Positions 32,031 to 41,802 of a stretch of DNA of 64,000 nt are shown here, in pieces. The notes under the pieces were generated by a model. The model saw nothing but the letters and a program-made list of their open reading frames with translations. It was not told where the DNA came from and made no database searches. Every line of letters begins with the position of its first letter. The stretch's first letter is position 1. A program made the translations under genes and the position numbers. This DNA is from an uncultured Planctomycetaceae bacterium (GTDB lineage: Bacteria > Planctomycetota > Planctomycetia > Planctomycetales > Planctomycetaceae). The stretch lies in NCBI GenBank assembly GCA_963813715.1, contig CAWFAK010000017.1:32001-96000 (forward strand), given 5' to 3'.

Positions 32031-32921
32031 TTGCGTGAGCGCCGCGGACGATTCGTCTCAATCTCGTCGCGTGTTGCGGTGCTGTGCCTCGTCGCCGCCA
32101 CGGTCGCTAGCCGCCCTGCCTTGGCCCGCGAGCCGATTCCCGATCGCCTGGTTGTGCTCACCTTTGACGATTCGGTGAAATCGCACTTCACGATCGTGCG
32201 GCCCATTCTGCTCAATCACCACTTCCGCGCGACGTTCTTCATCACCGAGGGCTTCAATTTCAAGACCGACAAGCAGAACTACATGACCTGGGAGGAGATC
32301 GCCCATCTGCACCGGGACGGCTTCGAGATCGGGAACCACACGCGCGATCACATGGCCGTCATCCAGAAGAACCTGGGCCGATTGAAGGAACAGATCGAGG
32401 CGATCAACGACCGCTGTGCGGAGTTCGGTCTGCCGCGAACGACCGTGTTTGCCTTCCCGGGCAACGGCATCGATTCGGGCGCATTGCCGATACTGAAATC
32501 TCTCGGTTTCAAGTTCGCCCGGCGGGGCGGAGCGCCGGAGTTTCCGTACAAGGAAGGCCGCGGCTTTGCCTACGAGCCTGGTCGCGATCATCCGCTTTTG
32601 ATTCCGTCGGCTGGCGACGCGCGGCCCGATTGGACGCTCTCCGACTTCAAGCGAGCCGTCGACCAGGCACGCGCCGGCCGCATTGCCGTGCTCCAGTTTC
32701 ACGGCGTGCCCGACCTGGCTCATCCCTGGGTGCATTCGCCGGTCGAGCGGTTTCGGGAATACATGCAGTATCTGGCCGACCATCATTTCCAGGTGATCGC
32801 CCTGGGGGATCTCGAACGCTACGTGGACACGAGCGAAGTGCCGTCCAATCCCTGGGCGGTGATCGAGTCGCGGGAGCGGTCGCTGCACGCGCCCCCAGCC
32901 GCTCCGCGCATCGGGAAATAG
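32031..32921 (+). CDS. Polysaccharide deacetylase (CE4) family, exported
   Basis: VVLTFDD, ATFFI, EIGNHTRDH, FAFPG, VLQFHG; signal-like VAVLCLVAATVA..ALA. Start approximate. Confidence 0.85.
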   Translation: MRERRGRFVSISSRVAVLCLVAATVASRPALAREPIPDRLVVLTFDDSVKSHFTIVRPILLNHHFRATFFITEGFNFKTDKQNYMTWEEIAHLHRDGFEIGNHTRDHMAVIQKNLGRLKEQIEAINDRCAEFGLPRTTVFAFPGNGIDSGALPILKSLGFKFARRGGAPEFPYKEGRGFAYEPGRDHPLLIPSAGDARPDWTLSDFKRAVDQARAGRIAVLQFHGVPDLAHPWVHSPVERFREYMQYLADHHFQVIALGDLERYVDTSEVPSNPWAVIESRERSLHAPPAAPRIGK

Positions 32922-33085
32922 CCGGACAGGCCGCAGCCCGCTTCATTTCAATCGCTGTCGCTTTAGTCGGCGTCGCTCTCTGGGTTATGCTGAGGCTGCG
33001 ATCCTGTGACGCACGCGGCGGGATCGACAGTCCCGCCCGACTTCGCGATGCACGCCCGATCTTCCTCGCGCAGGAGAAGCCACCG

Positions 33086-33967
33086 ATGTTCGTCCGAGAG
33101 ACGCTTGCCCAGAATCCGCCCCTGTCCCGCCGCCAGGTATTGCAGCTTGCCGCGACCGGCGCCGCCGCCACGTTGGTTCCGGGGCTCGCGCGTGCCAGCG
33201 ACGACAAGGATCCCTACGCCGGCCTCAAGATGGGGATGCAGAGTTTCTCGTTGCGGGCGTTTGATACAAAGACGGCCCTGCGTCACACCAAAGAATTGGG
33301 ACTGAAGTATTGGGAAGCGACGCCCAATCACATTCCCCTCACGACGCTGCCCAAACAAATTGAAGCATCCAAGGCCCTGCTGCAGGACGCGGGCATCACC
33401 TTGATGGGTTTCGGCGTCATCGGATTCGACGGCAACGAAACGAAGGCCCGCCAGACGTTCGACTTTGCCAAGGCGATGGGGCTGTATTCGATCAGCGCGA
33501 ACCCCAACAAGAACAAGGCGACCTTCGATTTGTTGGACAAGCTCGTGGCCGAGTACGACATTCCGATCGCCATCCACAACCACGGTCCGCACGCGCTCTA
33601 CAGCAAGATCAGCGACGTGGCCGACATCGTGAAAGACCGGCACCCCAAGATCGGCGCCTGCGTCGACACGGGGCACTACCTTCGCAGCGACGAAAACCCC
33701 GTCGAGGCGCTGGAGCGGCTTTCGAACCGCGTCTTCGGCGTGCATCTGAAGGACGTGCGGACGGTCACCGACAACGGCAAGCGCAAAAAGATTTTCACGA
33801 TCGTCGGCCAGGGAGACCTGGACGTCCTAGGCTGCCTGAAGGTGCTGAAGAAGCTCAACTACCAGGGCTGCCTTGCGCTGGAATACGAGGAGAACGAGCA
33901 GAACCCGCTTTCGGACATCGCCGTCAGCCTGACCGCGGTCCGCGACGCGGCCGCGAAACTAAGCTAG
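33086..33967 (+). CDS. Sugar phosphate isomerase/epimerase with Tat signal
   Basis: AGGAG RBS; SRRQVLQ; IAIHNHGP, CVDTGHY, GVHLKD, GQGDLD, LALEYE. Confidence 0.88.
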   Translation: MFVRETLAQNPPLSRRQVLQLAATGAAATLVPGLARASDDKDPYAGLKMGMQSFSLRAFDTKTALRHTKELGLKYWEATPNHIPLTTLPKQIEASKALLQDAGITLMGFGVIGFDGNETKARQTFDFAKAMGLYSISANPNKNKATFDLLDKLVAEYDIPIAIHNHGPHALYSKISDVADIVKDRHPKIGACVDTGHYLRSDENPVEALERLSNRVFGVHLKDVRTVTDNGKRKKIFTIVGQGDLDVLGCLKVLKKLNYQGCLALEYEENEQNPLSDIAVSLTAVRDAAAKLS

Positions 33968-33972
33968 CGTGT

Positions 33973-34086
33973 GAAGCACCAATGACGAAGCACGAATGAC
34001 GAAGGAAGCACGAAGCACTGAGCCCAAATGAGCGGTTTTCGTTCGGGCTTAGGTCATTCAGGCATTCTTTCGTCATTCGTGCTTCG
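33973..34086. repeat. Heptamer-built inverted repeat between convergent genes
   Basis: GAAGCAC/GAATGAC units; arms 33986-34007 and 34065-34086 complementary at 21/22; inner CTGAGCCC/GGGCTTAG stem. Confidence 0.75.
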
Positions 34087-34101
34087 AGTTTTGCGCTGCC
34101 G

Positions 34102-35649
34102 CTAGTGTTTTTCCGCCGGCACACTTTCGGTGTTGAACGCTGCCGCCGGCAGGCCTTCGACGTTTTGCAGGTTGGGGTCAGCCACCTGGTCCCAGGCGAA
34201 GCGGACGGCAACCGGTTTCTGCACCTTGGACGACGAGACGACCACCGAGTCGCCGTCGATCGCGGCCTCGGCGTCGACGAACTTTTTGTCATCGCCGGCG
34301 ACTTGGAACCAGTTGAGCGGCTTGTTGTCGCGGGCGACCAGTCCGCCGCCCACGTGCTCAAACTTCACGCGGATCTTGCTGCCGTCGATGCTCATCGACT
34401 TGTAGAGCGGGCCCGAGTAGACGATCTGTTTGCCGTACGTTTTCGCCAGCGCCCAGAGTGCGAGCCGCTTACCGACGTCCTGCTTGTCCTTGGGATGGAT
34501 ATCCGTTGGGTTGCCGACGTCGATGGTCACGGCCATGCCGGTATCAGGGATCGAGAGGGCGGCCGTTTGCGCTTCCCACAGCTTCGGCAAGAGAGTCGGG
34601 TTGGCGGTGCCGTAGCGGTAGGGAGCCAATTGCACGAACAAGAACGGGAAATCGCCTTCGTTCCAGACCGACCGCCAGCCGTCGATCAGGGCCTTCATCT
34701 TTTGCAAATACAGCATGCCGTCGCCCAGGTTCGATTCGCCCTGGTACCAGAGGGCGCCGCGGATCGCGAACGGGACCAGCGGGTGAATCATGCCGTTGTA
34801 AAGTCCGGTCGGCGTGTAGTTGGTCGACAGCGGACTGACGGGCCACTCGGGCGGCGACGGAATGTATTCGTGGTTCTCTTTGGCCTTCTCAGCGCGGCTC
34901 AGCCATTCGGCGTAGCGAGGAAGCGCGGCTGCCGTCGCTTTGGCAAATTCGGCCCGGGCTTTTTCGATGTCGCCCAGAATCCCCTTGAGCTCCGGCACGT
35001 CGCGAAAGCCGACGATCGGCGTCCAGGGCTCGATCCGCGTGCCGCCCCAGGATGAGTTGATGAGGCCGATCGGCACACCCAACTGCTCGTGCAGGTCACG
35101 CCCGAAGAAATAGCCGACGGCCGTGAAGTTGGGGACCGTTTTAGACGAGCAGGCCGTCCACGCTGCGGTCACGTCCTCCGCCGGGTCGCCGGCCGGCCGC
35201 ATCGGGACCGTGAACAGGCGAATTTCGGGATGGTTCGCCTCTTTGATCTCCTTCCGCGCATTGTTCGACGAGGCAACGGTCATCTGCATGTTCGACTGGC
35301 CGGAGCAGACCCAGACCTCGCCCACGAGCACGTCGTGCAGCACGATCGTGTTCTTGCCTGCGACCTTCACTTCGATGGCCGATTTCGCCGAGACCGCCGG
35401 CAGCTCGACTTTCCACGCGCCGTGCTCGTCGGCCGTGGCGTCCGCGTGCTCGTTGCCGATCGTCACGGTGACCTTTTCGCCCGTGTCCGCCCAGCCCCAG
35501 ACGCGCACCGGCTTTTCTCTTTGCAAAACCATGTGGTCGCCAAAGATGTGCGGGAGCCGCACGTCGGCACGGCTCGAACCGGTCAGGCCGGCCAGCAGCG
35601 TCAGGCAGCTCAGAGCAACGATTCGCGCGATTCGTTGTGGGCGAGGCAT
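34102..35649 (-). CDS. Sialate O-acetylesterase family (SGNH) protein
   Basis: IFGDHMVLQR, GEVWVCSGQSNM, SWGGTRIEPW, WYQGESN, DIHP. Confidence 0.92.
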   Translation of the reverse strand: MPRPQRIARIVALSCLTLLAGLTGSSRADVRLPHIFGDHMVLQREKPVRVWGWADTGEKVTVTIGNEHADATADEHGAWKVELPAVSAKSAIEVKVAGKNTIVLHDVLVGEVWVCSGQSNMQMTVASSNNARKEIKEANHPEIRLFTVPMRPAGDPAEDVTAAWTACSSKTVPNFTAVGYFFGRDLHEQLGVPIGLINSSWGGTRIEPWTPIVGFRDVPELKGILGDIEKARAEFAKATAAALPRYAEWLSRAEKAKENHEYIPSPPEWPVSPLSTNYTPTGLYNGMIHPLVPFAIRGALWYQGESNLGDGMLYLQKMKALIDGWRSVWNEGDFPFLFVQLAPYRYGTANPTLLPKLWEAQTAALSIPDTGMAVTIDVGNPTDIHPKDKQDVGKRLALWALAKTYGKQIVYSGPLYKSMSIDGSKIRVKFEHVGGGLVARDNKPLNWFQVAGDDKKFVDAEAAIDGDSVVVSSSKVQKPVAVRFAWDQVADPNLQNVEGLPAAAFNTESVPAEKH

Positions 35650-35818
35650 GTGGTGTCCTCAAAGGTGGGAGGGCGGGCGGGCTTCCAAAGCTCTTACAAA
35701 TATGCCGTTTTTCATCCGAACGCGAAATGCACGCGGCACCGCGATCTGACAAACGCCCGAACTTTTTTTGGCGGTCGGCGCAGGTCGAGTGTTCACGTGT
35801 GAATTTGCGGAGGCGCGG

Positions 35819-36916
35819 CTATTGCAACATGCCGCGGGCGGCGATCGGCCAGACCGCTTCCAAGCGATCGCCGCGGAAGACGCAAAACTCGTCGTGCAGG
35901 ACGGTGGTGAAGTCGGCATAGCCGACGATGAGTTCGATCTTGTCGCCAATCTTGAGGTCGTGCGAACCGGGGCCGACGTCGATCCACCCGTGCTCGGCGC
36001 TCAGCTGCACCACGTTCGCGTTCGTAAAACCCTTCACGAGCGGCATGCACATGTCGCCATTCACCGCTTTCCTGCCGGCATCGACGATCGCCCGCTCGAG
36101 CTTCGTGCGGCTGACGACGGTCGTCAGCACGGTGAGCGCCGGCTCCAGCCCGGTCACGCCGTACTGACCCGTGTATTTCGGGTCTCCGAAGATACCGCCG
36201 CCGCACTGCAACTCGGTGACGGCCGGATGATCGGCGGTGAACTGGTACGAGCCGGTTCCGGCGGCGCTGACGACGTCGCAGCGGATGCCCTTCTTGGTCA
36301 AACCGTCGCGGCAGTATTCCAAGACGCCCATCGCCTCGTTGATCTTCGCCCGTTTTTCCGTGGGATCGGCGACCTGGTGCAAATGTCCCTCGTAACCCAT
36401 CAGCCCCACCATCTCGACGCCCGGCAGCCGATCGATGGCCTCGGCCAGATCGTACGTGTCGCGTCCCGGACGAATGCCGACTCGATCCATGCCCACGTTG
36501 ACTTCGATGACCACGCGGCAGCTCACGCCGTGGCGGCGGCAGGTCTCGGCCAGCGGTTCGATCTGGACGTAATGGTCGCAGGCGACGATCGGATCGGCTG
36601 CGCGGCACAGCGAAACGATCCGCTCGAGCTTGGGCTGCCCGACGATCATGTTGGCAATCATCACATCGCGGATGCCGGCGGCCGCCATCACTTCCGCTTC
36701 CGAAACCTTGCCGCAAGTGACGCCGATGGCCCCGGCCGCCAGTTGTTGGAGGGCGATCGTGGGCGACTTGTGGCACTTCATGTGCGGCCGCCACTGCTTG
36801 CCACGCGCAGCGATGAAGCCGGCCATCGAGGCCATGTTCCGCTCCATCGCCGACAAGTCGAGGCACAAGAGGGGCGTATCGAGATCCAGTTTCTGCGAGC
36901 CAATCAGCGGTTGCAT
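35819..36916 (-). CDS. DSD1/D-threonine aldolase family PLP-dependent enzyme
   Basis: LDTP, RPHMKCHK, GMDRVG, GYEGH, GTGS, VDAGRK, SAEHG. Confidence 0.88.
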   Translation of the reverse strand: MQPLIGSQKLDLDTPLLCLDLSAMERNMASMAGFIAARGKQWRPHMKCHKSPTIALQQLAAGAIGVTCGKVSEAEVMAAAGIRDVMIANMIVGQPKLERIVSLCRAADPIVACDHYVQIEPLAETCRRHGVSCRVVIEVNVGMDRVGIRPGRDTYDLAEAIDRLPGVEMVGLMGYEGHLHQVADPTEKRAKINEAMGVLEYCRDGLTKKGIRCDVVSAAGTGSYQFTADHPAVTELQCGGGIFGDPKYTGQYGVTGLEPALTVLTTVVSRTKLERAIVDAGRKAVNGDMCMPLVKGFTNANVVQLSAEHGWIDVGPGSHDLKIGDKIELIVGYADFTTVLHDEFCVFRGDRLEAVWPIAARGMLQ

Positions 36917-37057
36917 GCGTGCAGTCTCAAAACATGTCATCAAGATCGCGATGCGTCACTGTACTTGTGTGCGATTTCCTCTGGCAATCGTCCTTGACAG
37001 CTGTTGTAATCCTGCCACGATGACGGAGAACGAATTCCCGCGACACGAGGAGGAGTC

Positions 37058-37618
37058 ATGAATTTCGCCGCGGTCTTTGACCAGGGATTGAGGTACGAGG
37101 CGTTTTTGTCCAAGTATGGCAGCGACGAGCAGCGCCGCCGTTGGGAAACGGTCTATTCGCACGTGCTTCTGTCGACCGATCAGAATCGGCTGCTTGCCAG
37201 CTTCGTCCGCGAGATGAAGGTGCTGGTGGTCGCGGGGACGTGGTGCGGCGACTGCGTCAATCAGTGTCCGATCTTCCAGCACTTTTCCGCGCAAAACGAC
37301 AAAATTCGCATCCACTTCTTCGATCGCGACGAGAATAAGGAATTGGCACAGGAACTGTCGATCTGCGGCGGCCCGCGCGTCCCTTCGCTTCTGTTCTTGA
37401 GCGAGGATGGATTTCCCTGCGGCCGCGCCGGCGACCGGACGATTTCGACCTATCGCGATATCGCTGCCAAGCAGCTCGGTCCTTCCTGTCCCACGGGCAT
37501 CGCTGCGCCGGACAAAACGCTGCTGCAGAACGTCGTCCAGGATTGGCTCAACGAATTCGAGCGGATCCAGTTGATGCTGCGAACCTCGGCCCGGTTGCGG
37601 CAACTGCACAACGACTGA
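37058..37618 (+). CDS. Thioredoxin family protein
   Basis: GGAGGAG RBS; GTWCGDCVNQCP; GGPRVP. Confidence 0.85.
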   Translation: MNFAAVFDQGLRYEAFLSKYGSDEQRRRWETVYSHVLLSTDQNRLLASFVREMKVLVVAGTWCGDCVNQCPIFQHFSAQNDKIRIHFFDRDENKELAQELSICGGPRVPSLLFLSEDGFPCGRAGDRTISTYRDIAAKQLGPSCPTGIAAPDKTLLQNVVQDWLNEFERIQLMLRTSARLRQLHND

Positions 37619-37643
37619 GTGCTTAGAGCGGAGCGAACTACGC

Positions 37644-39027
37644 ATGTCCGGCGGCGACGGTAGCGACGCAAAGGAGAGTCAGTCAGCCGACGTGCTGATC
37701 GTCGGCGCCGGTGTGGCCGGGCTGATCGCGGCCCGCGAGCTGGTGAAGCGCAACCGCAGCGTGTCTCGTGCTGGAAGCCCGCGACCGCGTCGGCGGTCGC
37801 ACGTTCACCCAGAAGCTCGGCAAGGACTGGGTCGACTTGGGCGGCCAATGGATCGGACCGACGCAGGATCGCCTCGCCGCCCTGGCCCGCGAGCTCGATG
37901 TGCCCATCTTTCCGCAGCACCACGAGGGAAAAAAGCTCCTCTCGTGGGGGGGCAAGATCAGCAGCTTCAAGGGGAGCTTGCCCTGGCTGTCGTTGGCGAC
38001 GCAGCTCGAGCTGGGGCTGCTCGATCTGCGGGTGAAGCGTTATGGCAAAACCTTCCCGGCCGACGCTCCCTGGAATGCTCGCCGCGCGGTCGAGTGGGAT
38101 GGCGAAACGGTCGAATCGTGGAAGCGGCGTCATCTGCGGGCCGGCGGCTCGCGGCTGTTTCTCGACATCGTTGTGCGGGCCGTCTTCACGTCGGAGCCGC
38201 GCGATTTGTCGTTTTTGTATTTCTTGAGCTACATCAAGTCGGGACACGGCCTCGAAATGTTGACTTCGATTCCGGGCGGGGCCCAGGAGTCGCGGTTTGT
38301 CGGCGGCGCGCAAAAACTGTCGATCCGCATGGCCGAGGCGCTCGGCAATCGCGTCGTGCTCGAATGTCCTGTCTGGTCGCTTGAGCAAACAGCCGATGGC
38401 GTGACCCTGGAGACGCCGCGTGGCACGTTTCGCGGACGGTATGCGATCCTCGCGATTCCCCCCCTGCTCGCCGGCCGCATTCGTTACGCGTCGGCCCTGC
38501 CTCCGCGTCGCGAACAGTTGATGGCGCGGATGCCGATGGGCTCGTGCATCAAATATGTGGCGACTTACGAGCGCGCTTTCTGGCGGGAGGCCGGCTTTTC
38601 GGGCGAAGCATTCAGCGACACCGGGCCGACCACCACGACCTTCGACGATTCTTCACACGACGGTTCGCAGCCGGCCCTGGTCACGTTCAGCGATGGTGGC
38701 GCGGCTCGCATCTGGGGCGATCGTCCGCCCGAAGAACGCCGTCAGGCCGTGCTCTCGGAATTCGCCCGTTTTTTCGGGCCCCAAGCCGCCCATCCCACCG
38801 GCTTTCTCGAAAAAAACTGGAGCGACGATCCCTGGAGCGGCGGCTGCTACGCGGGCGTGATGGGACCGGGTGTGATGACGGACTTCGGAGTGGCCCTGCG
38901 ACAGCCCTGCGGCCGCATTCATTGGGCTGGGACAGAAACGGCCGTCGAATGGACCGGGTACATCGACGGGGCAATCGAGTCGGGGCAGCGAGCGGCCGGC
39001 GAAGTAGCCGCGCGGTTAAGCGAGTGA
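37644..39027 (+). CDS. Flavin monoamine oxidase family (frameshift ~37765)
   Basis: IVGAGVAGLIAA; LEARDRVGGR, DLGGQWIG, IHWAGTETA..W.GYIDGAIESG.RAA. Confidence 0.9.
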
Positions 39028-39284
39028 CGGCAGCCGCGGGCGCGGGCGTCCATTAGAATCGCGAAAGCCGTAACTGCCAATTTCGCGAACGATCTCGCGT
39101 CGCGGCGGTTTGATCGCGAACCTCGTCTTGGGAGTCGGTGTCGCCTTCGGAGCCGGACGTCGACGGGGTTGGGGGCGGTGTACTTGCGTTGCGGCAGCGC
39201 ACTCGTCGAACGAGACAAACCGCGTCGGCAGCCGGCGCAAAAGGGCGATTTCACGAATCGCTCGGATCGGGAAGTCGGATCATC

Positions 39285-40811
39285 ATGGCCGGGATTACGA
39301 CCTCTGCGGAAGGGACTGCCGACAGGGAAAGCCACCCGGCTCTCCCGCTGTCGCCCACCGTTCGCGAATCGGACGGTGACACTCCGGCAGCCGATGCGGG
39401 TGCCGCCCCGTCTCCCGCCCCGTCTCCCGCCACTGCCGCGCCGGGCAGTCTCCGCGAGTTAATGACGGTCGCCGTGCCGCTGATCCTCAGCAGCGGCTCG
39501 GTCACGCTGATGATCACGATCGACCGCTTGTTCCTCACCTGGTACTCGGAGGAGGCACTCGCTGCGAGTCTGCCCGCCGCGGCCATGCACTGGACGGTCA
39601 TGAGCGCGTTCATCGGCATGATCAATTATGGCAACGCATTCGTCGCCCAGTACGAAGGGGCCGGCCGCAAGGATCGCGTGGCCGCGTCGGTCTGGCAGGG
39701 AATTTTTCTGGCCATCGGCGCGGGACTCGTGTTTCTCTTGGTGGTTCCGCTCGCGCCGTTCCTCTTCGCGCAAGCCGGACACGACCCGGTCGTGCAGAAG
39801 TACGAGACGCAGTTTCTGCAAACGCTTTCGTTCGGCGCCGTGCCGATGCTGTTGACCATGGCGTTCGGCTGTTTCTATTCGGGCCGCGGCAAAACGCGGG
39901 TCGTGATGTACGTCGACTTTCTGTTGGCCGCGACGAACATCGCGCTCGATCCATGCCTGATCTTCGGCTTGGGACCGTTTCCGCGATTGGGGATCGTGGG
40001 GGCCGGGCTGGCGACGGTGATGGCTTACACCGTCGCCGTGATCGCGTACATCGTGCTCTCCTTCCGCCACCGCGATTCGATCGAATACGAGTTTTGGAAA
40101 CACGTCGGCCTCGACCGGGAGCTGCTGGGACGTCTGTTGCGCTATGGGATTCCGACCGGTCTGCAGATGGCGGCCGAGCTTTCGGCCTTCACCGTGTTTT
40201 TGGTGCTGATCGGTCGGTTGGGTGAAGGATCGCTCGCCGCCACCAACCTGGCATTCAACGTCAACATGATGTCGTTCGTGCCGATGATCGGGCTGGCCAC
40301 CGCGGTCATGACGCTCGTTGGCAAGCGCGTGGGCGAGGGACGACCCAAGTTGGCCGAGCGCACGGTGTGGCTGGCCGCCGGCGTCTCGGGAGCTTACATG
40401 CTCTTCTTCGGGGCCCTGTTCGTGCTCTTCCCCAAGATCATTCTGCGGCCCTTCACGGGAGGGAACGCGTCGGCCGAGCTGGTCGGCATCGAGCACACGG
40501 TCATCGTCTTGTTGCGGTTCATCGCGCTCTACACCTTCTTCGACGGCATGCAGCTGGTCTTCGCGTTTGCCATTCGCGGCGCGGGCGACACCCGGTTTCC
40601 GTTCTATTACACGCTGGTGTCGGCGTGGTCGATACTGGTGTTGCCGACCTGGCTGATCGTCCGCACTGGGCACGGCGGTCTCTTCGCCTGTTGGACCGCA
40701 TGCTCGATTTACATTTGCCTGTTGGGAACGGTCTGCTGCCTGCGATTCGTCAACGGCAAATGGAAGACAATGAACGTGATCGGCGCGACGGGTCCGCCCA
40801 TGCATGCTTAG
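39285..40811 (+). CDS. MATE family efflux transporter
   Basis: ELMTVAVPLI, IDRLFL, NIALDPCLIFG..FPRLGIVGAGLAT, RGAGDT; many TM segments. Confidence 0.9.
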   Translation: MAGITTSAEGTADRESHPALPLSPTVRESDGDTPAADAGAAPSPAPSPATAAPGSLRELMTVAVPLILSSGSVTLMITIDRLFLTWYSEEALAASLPAAAMHWTVMSAFIGMINYGNAFVAQYEGAGRKDRVAASVWQGIFLAIGAGLVFLLVVPLAPFLFAQAGHDPVVQKYETQFLQTLSFGAVPMLLTMAFGCFYSGRGKTRVVMYVDFLLAATNIALDPCLIFGLGPFPRLGIVGAGLATVMAYTVAVIAYIVLSFRHRDSIEYEFWKHVGLDRELLGRLLRYGIPTGLQMAAELSAFTVFLVLIGRLGEGSLAATNLAFNVNMMSFVPMIGLATAVMTLVGKRVGEGRPKLAERTVWLAAGVSGAYMLFFGALFVLFPKIILRPFTGGNASAELVGIEHTVIVLLRFIALYTFFDGMQLVFAFAIRGAGDTRFPFYYTLVSAWSILVLPTWLIVRTGHGGLFACWTACSIYICLLGTVCCLRFVNGKWKTMNVIGATGPPMHA

Positions 40812-41004
40812 GGCAGGCTCGCGACGGCTTTTCGATGCACCAGATCGTGGACTTGGGGGGCCACCCTCCGCCACTCCGAGCGATTGGTCGGTGGAATCGG
40901 GGCCAATCCTCAAGATCGAGCCGCGGCTCGCTGGCGGGCTTTTTGGAGCGAAATTTATTATTCCCCACGCCTGTGATAGAGTCGATGCGTCCGGGAGCCA
41001 ATTG

Positions 41005-41802
41005 ATGAATCGCTTCGAGCCGACCCACGACCAGATCGCCGCCTTCGACGACGACGGCTTCTTCATCGCCGAGAACCTACTCGACCGCGAAGAGGTCGAC
41101 TTGCTGCGCGACATCGCGCGGGCCGACACGCAACTGGCCGCAGGCGCCGCCTTGCGGGCCGACGGCGAAGGAGGCGCGGTCAAGGTCAGCGTCGAGAACG
41201 AGCTGGGCGAGAGCGACATCTACAGCGCCATCGTCCGCAGCCGGCGGATCATCGAAACGATGGAACTGCTGCTGTGCGACGAGGTCTACCACTACCATCA
41301 CAAAATGGTGTTCAAAGAGCCGAAGGTCGGCGGTGCCTGGGCCTGGCATCAGGACTACGGCTATTGGTACGACAACGGCTGCCTGTTTCCCTACCTGGCA
41401 AGCTGCCTGATCGCCGTCGACCGCGCGACGAAAGACAACGGCTGCCTGCAGGTGCTCAAGGGGTCGCATCACCTGGGTCGTATCAACCACGCGAAGGTCG
41501 GCGACCAGACGGGAGCCGATCCGGAGCGCGTCGCCGTCGCGGTGGAGCGGCTCGAGACGGTTTATTGCGAACTCGAGCCGGGCTCGGCTGTCTTCTTTCA
41601 TTGCAACGTGCTGCACCGTTCCGACCAGAACAAGAGCGACGATCCGCGGTGGGCCTTTATCTGCTGCTACAACGCCCGCGAAAACGATCCCTACAAGGAG
41701 TCGCGGCACCCCCGCTATTCCCCGCTGCACAAGTGGCCGGATTCGATGATCCTCGAGATCGGACGGCGGCAATGGGCCCGCATGCAGCAGCCGGTCGCGT
41801 GA
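41005..41802 (+). CDS. Phytanoyl-CoA dioxygenase (Fe/2OG, EctD-like) family protein
   Basis: FDDDGF, WHQDYGYW, NGCLQV..GSH, FFHCNVLHRS..N.S..R. Confidence 0.9.
   Translation: MNRFEPTHDQIAAFDDDGFFIAENLLDREEVDLLRDIARADTQLAAGAALRADGEGGAVKVSVENELGESDIYSAIVRSRRIIETMELLLCDEVYHYHHKMVFKEPKVGGAWAWHQDYGYWYDNGCLFPYLASCLIAVDRATKDNGCLQVLKGSHHLGRINHAKVGDQTGADPERVAVAVERLETVYCELEPGSAVFFHCNVLHRSDQNKSDDPRWAFICCYNARENDPYKESRHPRYSPLHKWPDSMILEIGRRQWARMQQPVA

Noticed and set aside
30924..32921. 665-aa epimerase-deacetylase fusion ORF
   Set aside because: A frame change near 31890 gives the epimerase a natural C-terminus and stop at 31983, and the deacetylase has its own signal-like N-terminus; the linker looks like off-frame sequence.
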